Shown: piece after piece, positions 40,426 through 51,047 of the stretch
Position numbering within the stretch: the stretch's first letter is position 1
Layout: each line of letters begins with the position of its first letter
IMG/VR virus record: IMGVR_UViG_3300037245_001837
Location: 10,396-74,395 of that record
DNA length: 64,000 nucleotides
DNA from: a virus
Direction: 5' to 3' (one strand)
The notes under the pieces: generated by a model
Databases searched by the model: none
Told to the model about the DNA's origin: nothing
What the model saw: the letters and a program-made list of their open reading frames with translations, nothing else
Position numbers and translations under genes: made by a program

Positions 40426-42819
40426 ATGAGTGATTTAACACCTACATTTCCAGATGATTTTGCCAGTAATGCGGAAAAAAGCAGCTTGGAATACGGAAGA
40501 AAAATTGGTGAAGCTATTGATGTTCAATGGTTTAACAATCAGCTATCAAATAGAAGAATTTGGATAGATGAAATGAGAAGTTATTCAAGAGGTGAACAAG
40601 ATACTTACCAATATAAGAAAACAATTGAAGGTGAAAAGAAGAATCGAGAAAACAGTAATGCAGGAATTCGCACACATAAAATTGATTATGTTACATTAAA
40701 AATATTACCTTCTTTTAAAGATATTGTCATAAACCCAATTGATGAGGAATTATTTAAACCAAGAGCTGAAGCAATTGATATTTCTGCTGTTAATAAAAAA
40801 AAGGATTTCTTTAAGAAATTAGATAAACAATTTTTCACAAAAGAATTCTCAGACATAATTAATGAAGGTGTAGGTATTAATTTAAACCCTGCTAATGCAC
40901 CAAAGAACGAAAAAGATTTAAATAAAAAAAAGATAGAGTACAAACCTAAAATAGAAATTGCTCAAGAATTAGCTATTGAGAATGTTTTAAAGTTAGAAAA
41001 TTTTGAATCTGTAAAAGATAAAATAAATGAAGATTTATTTGATTTAGGTTTCGGAGTTGGGAGACACTACACAGATTATAATGAGGGTATCAAAATAAAA
41101 TATGTTGATCCTTACAATTATATTCACAATACTTTCCAAACAGATGACGGTAGAGATATTCGTTATCATGGTATTGTTGAAAAAGATACTATTTCAGGGT
41201 TAATAAAATTAGTTGGAGGAATCAGTAAAGAAAATAAAGATGCTTTAAAAAATGGAGCTGTTGGAGTTTATGAAGGTACTGATGCTTATATTGATGAAGA
41301 AGATGGAAGTAGAATGATTGAATATATTAATTTTTCATATTTAATTGGTGAAGAAAAAATATTTAAGAAATTAAGAAAAAATAAATCAACTAAATTAGTT
41401 GATAGATCGAAAGACGGTTATAATCCTGCAAATCCAAATAAAAAATTCACTATTCCTTATCAAGTATGGTATGAAGGTGTTTATGTTCCTTCTGCTAAGA
41501 TAATTCTACAATGGAGAAAGATACCAAATCAAGTTGAAAAAGAAGTAAATAAGCCGATTTCTCCATTTATTATTTATGCTCCAAAAGTTAAAAGATTATC
41601 TGAAAAAGGTAGCGTAAGATTTGATAGTTTAGTTAATAGAGCAAAGCCTATAATTGATGATATTCATAGAGATTGGTTCAAGTTCCAACAATTAAAAATG
41701 GAGCTAAGACCGAATACTACGGAAATAGATGTTGATGCTATTAATGATATAACTTTAAATGGAACTCCTGTTGCTGCACAAGATGTTTTAGATTTATTTT
41801 TTGGAAGAAGTTTATTATTAAAAAGAGGATTAAATGATGATGGAGAAGTATTACCAAGAGCAATTCAAGAAAATGCAGGAGGTATAAATAATACAGCACT
41901 TACTTTTTTATCAGGTGAGTTTGCAAATAACCTTAATAGGTTAAGACAATTATTAGGAATTAATGAAATTCGTGATGGTGCTGCAAAACCAAATAGTAAA
42001 ACTGCTGTTACAGTTCAAAAACTGCTTTTAGCAAGTTCCAATAATCAAACTAGTCATATTGTTAGAGCGAGTTTCCAAATATCACTAAAATTTGCTGAAA
42101 GTATTTCTTATAGATTGTACGATGTACTCACAACACCTGCATTAAAAAATAGATATTTAAGTATTATTGGAAGTAATAATGTTGAATTGTTAGATGAAAT
42201 AAAAGAATTGCCAATGCATAAATTTGGTATTTATTTCGACTTCAAGCCAGATAATGAAGAAAGACTTGCTTTTGAGAATTCATTATTAAACTCTTACAAT
42301 AAAGAAGAAATTGATGTTGCCCAATATAATATAGCCAGACAAATTAGAAATGCAAAAAGTGCTATAAAATATTTAGAAATAATTATTGAAGATAATGCTA
42401 AAATAGAGCAAGAACAAAAAATTCAAAATATTGAAGCACAAGCGAGAGCTAATGCACAACAAAGCGTTTTAACAGAGCAGACCAAACAACAAACGATAAC
42501 TGTTCAATGGGATGTTAAACAGCAAGAAATGTTACTGAAATCTCAAATTGATGAAAGGGCATCTAAACAAGAGGCATTGACAGATGATTTATTAGCTCAA
42601 AGACAACATGAAAGAGATATTGAATTAGAATTTATTAAATCTGGAACAAAAAAAGAAATTGAAGCAGGAAAAGAAATAGCCAGAAAAGATAGGATAGACC
42701 AGACAAGCACAAATACTTCTGCAATAGCAGACCAAAAATTGAACAAGAAGCAACCTATAGATTTTGAGAACAAATTATCAGGTATATTTGAGAATAACGC
42801 ATTACCAATAAATCAATAA
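40426..42819 (+). CDS. Portal protein
   Basis: FP...EK.S.EYG, RSYSRGEQ, YKPKIEIAQE, YVDP, GINEIRDG, FGIYFD motifs; C-terminal coiled coil. Confidence 0.88.
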   Translation: MSDLTPTFPDDFASNAEKSSLEYGRKIGEAIDVQWFNNQLSNRRIWIDEMRSYSRGEQDTYQYKKTIEGEKKNRENSNAGIRTHKIDYVTLKILPSFKDIVINPIDEELFKPRAEAIDISAVNKKKDFFKKLDKQFFTKEFSDIINEGVGINLNPANAPKNEKDLNKKKIEYKPKIEIAQELAIENVLKLENFESVKDKINEDLFDLGFGVGRHYTDYNEGIKIKYVDPYNYIHNTFQTDDGRDIRYHGIVEKDTISGLIKLVGGISKENKDALKNGAVGVYEGTDAYIDEEDGSRMIEYINFSYLIGEEKIFKKLRKNKSTKLVDRSKDGYNPANPNKKFTIPYQVWYEGVYVPSAKIILQWRKIPNQVEKEVNKPISPFIIYAPKVKRLSEKGSVRFDSLVNRAKPIIDDIHRDWFKFQQLKMELRPNTTEIDVDAINDITLNGTPVAAQDVLDLFFGRSLLLKRGLNDDGEVLPRAIQENAGGINNTALTFLSGEFANNLNRLRQLLGINEIRDGAAKPNSKTAVTVQKLLLASSNNQTSHIVRASFQISLKFAESISYRLYDVLTTPALKNRYLSIIGSNNVELLDEIKELPMHKFGIYFDFKPDNEERLAFENSLLNSYNKEEIDVAQYNIARQIRNAKSAIKYLEIIIEDNAKIEQEQKIQNIEAQARANAQQSVLTEQTKQQTITVQWDVKQQEMLLKSQIDERASKQEALTDDLLAQRQHERDIELEFIKSGTKKEIEAGKEIARKDRIDQTSTNTSAIADQKLNKKQPIDFENKLSGIFENNALPINQ

Positions 42820-42866
42820 ATTCTAAGTTATATTGATTAATTTTAACACCGAAAAAAGATATTATT

Positions 42867-45656
42867 ATGGCTAAAATAAGCAATAAAGATAAGTACCCAC
42901 TTAGTAATAATCCAAGTTTAAGTGATTTCATAGTAGGGACAGTGTTTGGTACAAATAAGACAAAGAATTTTAATCTACAGGCATTATTAAGCTTATTAAA
43001 TGCTTCTAATGGGTTTAGTAATGTTCAGTATAAATTTTCTTTAGATGAAACAATACACGAAGATGAGACAGGGTTTTTAACTACAAATGGCTCTCAAGTC
43101 TCACCATCTACTATAAATTTACTTAGATTTAGTACTTTAGATTTAAATGAGGTGGATTTGACAGACTTGTTAACAATCTTTAATAGTAATAGAACTAGTG
43201 TATTAATAAAACTTTTTGACCCTTCTGATCCTAATTTAATAATTATATTTAAGGTTACTGGGATAGATTTAAGTAATTTAGATTATATTGATTTAAGTGT
43301 ATCTGCATATAAATCTATGAGTAATGGTGATTTTGTAGATGAGAAAATATATGGGTTTGAATACTTTATTTTTGAAAATACAGGAGCTAGTAGTATAGAT
43401 GCTAGGTATGACGATATACCAGATTTATTAGCTAACCAAGGTAGTCAAGCAGATTTCAACTTATACTATGTCGAGGATGCATCATTAGACCCAACTGTAA
43501 CTTCTGGATTTGCTTACTATGAATATTTAGGTACTACATTAGGTACTTTAGCTGATTATCGTAAACTTTCTGAGGAAGAGGTTGCAGAGGAAGTGAGTGT
43601 TACTAATACTAGTCAACTTATTAATGATGGGGAGGATACAGTTAATCCGTTTTATAGTCTAGTTAATTCTAATAAAGATGATGTTAATTGGACAACAGAT
43701 GACCTACGTGTTTTTGGTAAATTTAATACTGGACTTGCGATTGGTACTGGGATACAGATGTCTTCTGGAGTAATAGAAGCAATTAACAATAATACATTAA
43801 TACCTCAACCATTATCATTATCAGGCATTGGGGTTGCACTATATCATAATACTACTAATACGAGCGCAGATAAAAAATTAGAAACTAAAATTACAGGTAT
43901 TGATATTTTTCAAAATTTAGATGTTGACGGAGAAATTACAGCTGCATTAGGGCAAACTGTTTTTCACTCAGGAAATGCGAATAAATCAAGTGTTAACTGG
44001 GTTGCTGATGAATTATTAATAGCATCTGGTTTGACAGGTAGTAATTTAGCACTTCCAAATGATAATAATATAATCACATTATTAACTAACGAAATAGTAT
44101 TAGGTAATTTATTGACTAATACATCAATTAAAGGATTGTCTTTTACTTATGAAGATGGGTCAGGAATTAATACAATTTTCCATGCAGGAAACTCTAATAA
44201 ATCAGATGTTAATTGGGCTGCTGATATTTTGTCAGCAAATAACGTAACAAGTGAAAATCAAGCAACATTAAATTCTCATTTAGTAAGATTAGATCAAATG
44301 AATTCTGCCATAGGAGGATTATCTTGGCAACATTCAATTATTAGTCAATTAAACTTTACAACATCTGAACCTGTTTCTCCTAGTGATGGAGACAGATATA
44401 TAAATAATACAACAGGTTTAGGTTCAGTAAGTACAAGTATTACATTTACAATTAATAGAATTTATGAATGGAGTTCTCAGGGTGCAGGGTCTTGGCTTGA
44501 ATTTATACCTCAAGAAGGATGGACTTTATGGGATGAGTCATTAGATACCAATTATACCTTTAATGGTACTGATTGGGTTGAATTTGGTTCAACTGTATCA
44601 CATAATAATACTTTAGGATTACAAGGAGGAACTGCAAGTGAATATTATCACTTGACGGCAGCTCAATATGCAGCTAACGCTTATACCAATGTTAATAACA
44701 ACTTTAGTACAGACCAAACAATAACAGGAGACTTAACAATTAATAGTGGAATTTTAAATGGAGTAGGTGCTTTTTTTTCAGCTACTTTAGCAGCATTAAA
44801 TTTAACAGCATCCACTTCTATTTCATCTTCAGGAACTATATCAGCAACATTAGGAATAACAGCCAACGGAGGATCACAGGTTTGGGATGCTAGTAATTTG
44901 AACGGGGCAGCCTTTGATTTTGCAGCTAAGGATGTTGTGGCAAACGGAAATATAAACATAAGCAATGCATCGTTTAAAAAACTAATACTAGATAGAGATA
45001 CCGCAACAGGCTCACATACTATTGAGTTTATGAACAACTCAATTAACTCATGGCAGATATTAGGGGATGAAACTAGTTTTTTTATACGTAACCTTATAAG
45101 TGGAGGAGTTAATTTAATACCTTTTAGTTTAGATTTTTCAACAGGAGACGCAACATTCTCAGGAGAAGTAAACACCCCGAAAATAGGGATAGGAGTAGGG
45201 GCGTTTTCTAATCAGATAAACGCAACGGGAGATACTAATTTACTGTTTAACTCAAACGGAGGTGAATTATTTTTCAATAATGATGTGGCAGATGATTTAC
45301 AATTTAATGGGGGTGGCGGTAACGCTATATTTTCAGGAGAAGTAAGAGCAATGAATTTAGCTTTAGGACAAATTAGTAGCGAAATAAACACTCATGACTC
45401 AGCACTGCATATAAACGTAAGAAATGCAGACGGCTCTAGTACTGATTTTAGAGACTTCTCCATAAGAGATGGGAAGTTTAATGATGTCATGAGGATAACA
45501 GGATCAGATAAGGCTACTGTTTTTTCTGGAAAGGTGACCTCACAAAACTTAAACCTAACAACACTGCCTGTTTTCGCAGATGATACAGCAGCAGCGAGTT
45601 TAAGCCAAGGCGATATTTACAGAACTGTAACAGGTGAATTAAGAATTAAATTATAA
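42867..45656 (+). CDS. Tail fibre / receptor-binding protein
   Basis: Repeats (T/V)FH(S/A)GN.NKS.VNW.AD, GDRYI...W.FIPQEGW domain, LPVFADD..A..L..GDIYRT C-terminus. Confidence 0.8.
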   Translation: MAKISNKDKYPLSNNPSLSDFIVGTVFGTNKTKNFNLQALLSLLNASNGFSNVQYKFSLDETIHEDETGFLTTNGSQVSPSTINLLRFSTLDLNEVDLTDLLTIFNSNRTSVLIKLFDPSDPNLIIIFKVTGIDLSNLDYIDLSVSAYKSMSNGDFVDEKIYGFEYFIFENTGASSIDARYDDIPDLLANQGSQADFNLYYVEDASLDPTVTSGFAYYEYLGTTLGTLADYRKLSEEEVAEEVSVTNTSQLINDGEDTVNPFYSLVNSNKDDVNWTTDDLRVFGKFNTGLAIGTGIQMSSGVIEAINNNTLIPQPLSLSGIGVALYHNTTNTSADKKLETKITGIDIFQNLDVDGEITAALGQTVFHSGNANKSSVNWVADELLIASGLTGSNLALPNDNNIITLLTNEIVLGNLLTNTSIKGLSFTYEDGSGINTIFHAGNSNKSDVNWAADILSANNVTSENQATLNSHLVRLDQMNSAIGGLSWQHSIISQLNFTTSEPVSPSDGDRYINNTTGLGSVSTSITFTINRIYEWSSQGAGSWLEFIPQEGWTLWDESLDTNYTFNGTDWVEFGSTVSHNNTLGLQGGTASEYYHLTAAQYAANAYTNVNNNFSTDQTITGDLTINSGILNGVGAFFSATLAALNLTASTSISSSGTISATLGITANGGSQVWDASNLNGAAFDFAAKDVVANGNINISNASFKKLILDRDTATGSHTIEFMNNSINSWQILGDETSFFIRNLISGGVNLIPFSLDFSTGDATFSGEVNTPKIGIGVGAFSNQINATGDTNLLFNSNGGELFFNNDVADDLQFNGGGGNAIFSGEVRAMNLALGQISSEINTHDSALHINVRNADGSSTDFRDFSIRDGKFNDVMRITGSDKATVFSGKVTSQNLNLTTLPVFADDTAAASLSQGDIYRTVTGELRIKL

Positions 45657-46180
45657 TGAAAATAAACAACCCATATACAAGACAATTAATATACGGCTTA
45701 ATATTCTTAGGTATGTATATTATTGCTCCTTTGTTTTTCAGTTACACGGTCAAAGGTCGTGCAAATGTTAGACTTAGAAAAGATAGATCAAAATGGCATA
45801 AATTCCTTTGGTTATTTTTGAATGACACTAAAAAATCAAGTAATGAAGATATTGATTATGGAGACTACGGAAGATTCTCACATAATTGGATTGGCGCAAT
45901 TAAGCAGAATCTATTCAGAAATTCTCATTGGAACTTTAAAATAAATTACCTACTACCAAATAAAGGTACACCAACAAACGTAAAAGGAAACATGACTTTA
46001 TGTAACTTGACCAAGTATGGCAAACAATCAGCCACCTATAATATCAACGGAGAAGAATACTTTAGGGCATCTTACACAGGAGATATAGTAGGGTGTAGGG
46101 TAAACTACCAGATAGGTGCAACAACTAACAGGTATTTATATAAGGTAAGGTTATCAAGGGATATAAAAAAGAATAAATAG
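45656..46180 (+). CDS. Membrane-associated hypothetical protein
   Basis: N-terminal TM segment, LWLFLND...FRNSHWN motif. Confidence 0.65.
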   Translation: MKINNPYTRQLIYGLIFLGMYIIAPLFFSYTVKGRANVRLRKDRSKWHKFLWLFLNDTKKSSNEDIDYGDYGRFSHNWIGAIKQNLFRNSHWNFKINYLLPNKGTPTNVKGNMTLCNLTKYGKQSATYNINGEEYFRASYTGDIVGCRVNYQIGATTNRYLYKVRLSRDIKKNK

Positions 46181-46215
46181 TAGTATAAAAATAATAAACT
46201 TTAAATAAATAAATC

Positions 46216-46407
46216 ATGAATACAGGTAAAAAAACAAATTTAGTAGGGTACTTTGCATTAGTAATAATATTAATATCATTAGTAGCTATGTTCTTTGAAA
46301 AGATTACAGGAACAGAGTTTGTATCTATAATGGGTGGTGTTGGTACTTTTACTGGAGTGATGATTTCATTCCTTACAAAAACACATAGTTACGAAAAAAA
46401 AGATTAA
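46216..46407 (+). CDS. Putative holin (two TM helices)
   Basis: 63 aa, two hydrophobic segments, charged tail, upstream of endolysin. Confidence 0.65.
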   Translation: MNTGKKTNLVGYFALVIILISLVAMFFEKITGTEFVSIMGGVGTFTGVMISFLTKTHSYEKKD

Positions 46408-46443
46408 CTTAAACCAAATTAATACTTCATAAAAACCCTCACA

Positions 46444-46839
46444 ATGAAAAAATCTAATACGTGTGCAATTCACGATAAAGAAATTAGTGATATTAAAATT
46501 GAATTCAGTGAGTTTAAAACTGAATTCGGTGGATTTAAAGTTACTGTGTCAAAAAAGTTAGATGAATTAATGATATTGGTTAATAAACCTATTTTTAAAG
46601 ATAGCCAAGTAGCAGGAATTGTTATAATGGCAGTTGTTTATACTATTATGGTTATGATGTATCTAACACCTACAAGTGCAAAAGCAGATGCTAATGAAAA
46701 AGATAATTTAAGGCAAGATAAAGAAATTATCAAACAAGAAAAAAAAAGTGCCGAAATAATAACATTGCTTTTAGATATTAAAGAAATTGTTGATAAAAAT
46801 GAAGGAGCAAAAGAAGCTGAAGCTAAAATTAAACAATAA
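46444..46839 (+). CDS. Membrane protein, possible holin/antiholin
   Basis: Single TM flanked by coiled coils, in lysis cluster. Confidence 0.5.
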   Translation: MKKSNTCAIHDKEISDIKIEFSEFKTEFGGFKVTVSKKLDELMILVNKPIFKDSQVAGIVIMAVVYTIMVMMYLTPTSAKADANEKDNLRQDKEIIKQEKKSAEIITLLLDIKEIVDKNEGAKEAEAKIKQ

Positions 46840-47441
46840 TGACTAACGTAAAAAATTACACAGACAAGCAATTAATTGACAGGATGAAATCTTTAGATAG
46901 TTTTCGTTATGTTCCTAGAACACCTCACTTAATAGTGGTAAGAAGCAATGAAGATGAGCCTAACAAATACGATGATAAGCTTTATCTCTTTATTGGAGAG
47001 AATTGCATATCTGTAATGTCTTGCACTTCTAATTCTGGAACTTACGGTTTGCGTAATTTTTTTAGATGGAATAAAAAAGGAACTGCTGTAATAAAATTTG
47101 ATGAAGTTTATTATAATTCATTTCTGAAATCAGATGGAATGTCCATAAGACATCATAGAGGCAAAATGCAATGCTTACGTCAAATAGCTCCTTTAAAATA
47201 TTATCGAGATAATAATAGAGACAATAAAATAAATGAATCTGGAGTAGTCTATGAAGCAAATAACAGTACAAACGTACATTGTAATTCATACACTAGTAAA
47301 AAAGGAATTAATTCTTGGTTTATTGGACGGTGGGGAACTGGTTGTACAGTAATTAATAATCTTACAAGATATTGGGATGTTTTAATGGTGAGAATTAAAT
47401 ACAACCAACTAATAACATATACAGGATTAAAAGAATTCTAA
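46839..47441 (+). CDS. Putative endolysin (YkuD/L,D-transpeptidase-like His-Cys motif)
   Basis: VRS...NKYDD, HRGK..LRQ, YRDNNRD, TNVH...WGTGCTV. Confidence 0.65.
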   Translation: MTNVKNYTDKQLIDRMKSLDSFRYVPRTPHLIVVRSNEDEPNKYDDKLYLFIGENCISVMSCTSNSGTYGLRNFFRWNKKGTAVIKFDEVYYNSFLKSDGMSIRHHRGKMQCLRQIAPLKYYRDNNRDNKINESGVVYEANNSTNVHCNSYTSKKGINSWFIGRWGTGCTVINNLTRYWDVLMVRIKYNQLITYTGLKEF

Positions 47442-47776
47442 TGAAAAATAAAATATTAATTGGCTTATTTGCTATTCTAACTATTGGTATAGTTGCTCAA
47501 TACTTTATTTACAAAAATGAAGTATCTTTTTTGGAGCAGGAAAATTTAGATTTACTTGAAGAAAAGAAAACCGATCTAAAAAAAGTTAGAGATTCTGCAT
47601 TCGTAAAAATAAATGAAATAACTGTTAATTCTAAAAATAGATTTGATAGTATAGCAAATATTCCACCAATAATTAAATGGTATCCTTATGAAAAACCTAT
47701 TTTTATTAATCGTGATGTTGATTCCGCTTTGGACATTATCTCAAGATATAACTACAACTCAGAGAAATCGAATTGA
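47441..47776 (+). CDS. Putative inner-membrane spanin (Rz-like)
   Basis: N-terminal TM plus periplasmic coiled coil, after endolysin, overlaps next gene. Confidence 0.55.
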   Translation: MKNKILIGLFAILTIGIVAQYFIYKNEVSFLEQENLDLLEEKKTDLKKVRDSAFVKINEITVNSKNRFDSIANIPPIIKWYPYEKPIFINRDVDSALDIISRYNYNSEKSN

Positions 47777-48218
47777 CAGCATTTTTACAGCCGAAAAGAT
47801 AATTGACATATCCAAAGGTCTTTCAAACGAAAAACTGCAAGATAGCGTTATAAAAGTGCGTGACAATCAAATAAAAGAGCTTCAAGATAAAGTTGCTCTT
47901 TTAAAAAAAGAACACACTAATACTTTAATAGAAATAGCTAAACATAATAAAACTGCTGAAGAAACAACTAGTACGGTTGATGATATTTCAGACAATCAAT
48001 TAAAAAAAGAAAAAAACAAATGGAAAGGATTGCATTTATATGGAGGTGTGGAAATTCCTCAATTCAAATTCAATGAGCCAAATTTCAATACAGAATTAAT
48101 GTATGAGTTGGAAAGATTTGAATTTGGAGTAAAAGGAGAGTTTGGTAAACTTGATATTGAAAAAGAAACTGGATACAATTTCAATTACTATTTAAAGCTT
48201 CGATATAAGTTTTTTTAA
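47688..48218 (+). CDS. Putative outer-membrane spanin partner with beta-strand anchor
   Basis: Signal peptide without Cys, coiled coil, four amphipathic strands ending YYLKLRYKFF. Confidence 0.5.
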   Translation: MKNLFLLIVMLIPLWTLSQDITTTQRNRIDSIFTAEKIIDISKGLSNEKLQDSVIKVRDNQIKELQDKVALLKKEHTNTLIEIAKHNKTAEETTSTVDDISDNQLKKEKNKWKGLHLYGGVEIPQFKFNEPNFNTELMYELERFEFGVKGEFGKLDIEKETGYNFNYYLKLRYKFF

Positions 48219-48252
48219 AGTACTTTTATCGTAATTATAAAAAATAAACGCC

Positions 48253-49254
48253 ATGTCAAAACAATTTAAAACATCGAATAATTATTTTGTAATTACAGAT
48301 ACAAAGACAGGAGTTGAGGAACTTAGAAATGCGAAAAATAATATTTACTATAAAATTGCAGGAAAGAATGTTCATTTCTACGAAAAATCAACAGGTAAAA
48401 CGGAGTCAGTAAATATTTATAACAAAGATAATGTAGTAAATGGAAATAACGAAGATAGTACATTCACAACATTAGCAGAGTTACAGATTTTCTTAGATAA
48501 GAATACAGGATCAGAAGCTCCTTTAGATGTTGTATTACAAGATTCAGAAGCTCCTTTAATGATTGTTGAGGCATCTAAACTTATCACTGAAACTACAGTA
48601 GCTATAATAACAGCTAAAAACGACTATATAGTAAATGTAGCAGACGCTACTAGTTTTGCAACAGGGCAATATTTAACAATATACAACGAGGTAGCTAATA
48701 GGGTGTTTTTTGCGAAGGTGATATTAGTTGATGTTTTGGCTATTACAATAAACGTACCTTTAGATTTCGAGTTTGCGGTAGGTTCCTTTGTATCTATAGG
48801 AGATTTAAACATGAATTTAGACGGTAGCAGTACCCCTCAAATATTCGGAATAAGAAACCCAACTGGTGTAGATATACCACTTGCTTATGATATAACCAGA
48901 ATTATATTTACATGCGAATGTAACTCGTCATTAGATTTATCCAAGTTTGGAGACATTGCAGGTGGAATAGCAAGAGGATTAATAGTACGTAAAGTAGATG
49001 GTACATATAGAAATGTATTTCATTTTAAAACAAATAGGGAATTAAAATCTAAATGTTTTGATTTTGATATTGAGACAGCCATAGGAAACGCTAAGGATGG
49101 TTTTTCAGCTCGTATAACTTTCGCAGGTCAGAATAAGATGGGCGCAGTTATAAGATTAAAAGAGGACGAGGATTTGCAGTTTCTAGTACAAGACCCTTTA
49201 GAAACTTTACATTTCTTAGGTGCAACCGTAGAGGGAAGCGAAGTGATAGATTAA
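48253..49254 (+). CDS. Putative virion structural protein (two fused modules)
   Basis: Beta-rich; MNLDGSSTPQIF, KFGDI..GI..G, IRL...LQFLVQD motifs. Confidence 0.55.
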   Translation: MSKQFKTSNNYFVITDTKTGVEELRNAKNNIYYKIAGKNVHFYEKSTGKTESVNIYNKDNVVNGNNEDSTFTTLAELQIFLDKNTGSEAPLDVVLQDSEAPLMIVEASKLITETTVAIITAKNDYIVNVADATSFATGQYLTIYNEVANRVFFAKVILVDVLAITINVPLDFEFAVGSFVSIGDLNMNLDGSSTPQIFGIRNPTGVDIPLAYDITRIIFTCECNSSLDLSKFGDIAGGIARGLIVRKVDGTYRNVFHFKTNRELKSKCFDFDIETAIGNAKDGFSARITFAGQNKMGAVIRLKEDEDLQFLVQDPLETLHFLGATVEGSEVID

Positions 49255-49259
49255 TATAT

Positions 49260-49936
49260 TTAAATAGAAATATAACCAACAACATCTCCAGTAATGTAGA
49301 TGTTGTTTTTTTCTACAACATATTCTTCAACATTCCTTATTGAACCATCTAATATTGATTGATAAAAATGAGAAATAACCTTAGTAGGCGTAAATATAAC
49401 TTCAAGATTGTTTTCATCTATCATTGTTGGGTTTAAAACCAAATCCTTATGCTTTATATCATTTGAACAAAAAACAACACCAGAATGGTTTATTTCGCCT
49501 TTTTGTTTAACGATATAAACTATTGAGTGTTCCGTAAATTTTATGTCAATTGCAATTAATTCTATTTTCATAATTAGTCTATTCTTTTTTTTAATGATTG
49601 ACAAATTTTATATAAGCCAAACATTTTAGGAGTTAAATATTTTGGAGGGTAATTATAAACCATAGCCATATTACTTATGTAATGCAGCTTGTTTGTTTTA
49701 ATTAAATTTTCAGATTCTCGTTGCTCATTAAGAAATGAATTGCATTTTAGAATTTTAAATACCTCATCAATATTAAATTTATCCAGAAGAGGTTCAAATA
49801 AATACAGCCTTTTATACTTGCTTGGCTTCATACTATATATTACATTAGAGCCAATGATTTTCTTACAAAGATCGTAAGATTGAATCTTTGTATCATATAT
49901 TTTATTACCGTCAATTAAAAATCCATTTTTAATCAC
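49260..49936 (-). CDS. Two reverse-strand hypothetical genes (49574..49936, 49260..49604)
   Basis: ORF track; TATATTTG promoter on - strand at 49969-49976. Confidence 0.55.
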
Positions 49937-49997
49937 TTGATTATCAGTATTAAATTATAAATATTAAACAAATATAAGGAATATTATTAAAAAACAC

Positions 49998-50028
49998 TTG
50001 CATAGTAGGATAAAGTAGTATATATTTG
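49998..50028 (+). promoter_or_regulatory. Full Bacteroidota promoter (-33 TTG, -7 TATATTTG)
   Basis: TTG 49998-50000 and TATATTTG 50021-50028. Confidence 0.75.
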
Positions 50029-50033
50029 TACCA

Positions 50034-50216
50034 ATGAAATCACAGACAGAAAAAATCAGTATAACCATAAGTGATGTAAATCACAAAGCGATCAAGGAAT
50101 ACGCTAAAAAGATAGATCGTTCTAAGTCTAAAACAATAGACTTGGCTATAACTGATTTTTTAGAAAAGAATGTTCCAAATTACAAATACAAGCAAATTTT
50201 AAAAGACTCAAAATGA
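50034..50216 (+). CDS. Ribbon-helix-helix (CopG/Arc-like) regulator
   Basis: KISITISD...IKEYAKKIDRSKSKTIDLAITDFL. Confidence 0.8.
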   Translation: MKSQTEKISITISDVNHKAIKEYAKKIDRSKSKTIDLAITDFLEKNVPNYKYKQILKDSK

Positions 50217-50557
50217 AAGCACCCAAGGTAATTAGAAAACACGTTTCAATTCAGGCTTCTGAAATGACGGAAAAAAGAGTAATGTCTAGGTATAAAAAAT
50301 GGCAATTAATTATAGCTAAATGGATAGGTGTTGAAGTAGCTGATAATTATCAGTATCTTTTCAGAGTTGATTACAAAGGGAATGTAAGGTTGAGGTCTAA
50401 TGACATTATTTGTAACGAACAAGGTGTTATATTTCTAGTTCTAAAAGAAAATAATAGATTAGCTATGCTAGTATCTAAAGATGCCTCAAAAGATGTTCCT
50501 AAAATGTACGGTAAATTAACTATTTTAAGTAAATTAGAAGATGAAAATAAAAAATAG
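50213..50557 (+). CDS. Hypothetical protein
   Basis: ORF track. Confidence 0.7.
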   Translation: MKAPKVIRKHVSIQASEMTEKRVMSRYKKWQLIIAKWIGVEVADNYQYLFRVDYKGNVRLRSNDIICNEQGVIFLVLKENNRLAMLVSKDASKDVPKMYGKLTILSKLEDENKK

Positions 50558-50582
50558 AAATAAATTTTAAAAAAGCTATAAT

Positions 50583-50936
50583 ATGGAAATTACAGGAACT
50601 ATAAAATTAATAAATGAAACTAAAACTTTTGGAGAAAGTGGTTTTAGAAAAAGAGAATTAGTAGTAACAAGCGATGAGCAATACCCTCAAATGTTAATGG
50701 TGGAATTTGTTCAGGATAAATGTGATTTACTAGATAATTATCAAGTTGGTCAAGGAGTGAAAGTTTCAATAAATTTACGTGGTCGTGAATGGATAAATCC
50801 AGAAGGAGAAGCTAAATACTTCAACTCTATTCAAGGATGGAGAATTGAAGAAACTGGAGAACAACAACCAGATCAACAAGAAGCACCTACTTCGCAACCT
50901 GTTGATGATAATGAGCCAGACGATTTGCCATTTTAA
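50583..50936 (+). CDS. DUF3127 family single-stranded DNA-binding protein
   Basis: FRKRELVV..DEQYPQ...INLRGREW...YFNSIQGWRI; acidic DDLPF tail. Confidence 0.92.
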   Translation: MEITGTIKLINETKTFGESGFRKRELVVTSDEQYPQMLMVEFVQDKCDLLDNYQVGQGVKVSINLRGREWINPEGEAKYFNSIQGWRIEETGEQQPDQQEAPTSQPVDDNEPDDLPF

Positions 50937-50944
50937 ACGGTAAT

Positions 50945-51026
50945 CTTATACAAAAACAAAAGGTAGTCGGTAATACACTTTCCGACTCTAATCGAAAAGT
51001 GGAGAGTTATACAATCTCTCATAAGT
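50945..51026 (+). ncRNA. Putative pseudoknotted RNA
   Basis: AGTCGG/CCGACT stem whose loop CACTTT pairs with AAAGTG; then GAGAG/CTCTC hairpin. Confidence 0.5.
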
Positions 51027-51047
51027 TTAATTAAAAAATAATTAATT

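Noticed and set aside
50965-51010. Twister or HDV/theta ribozyme
   Set aside because: Lacks the twister L4 GU...AAG residues and second pseudoknot, and has no P3/L3 for an HDV fold
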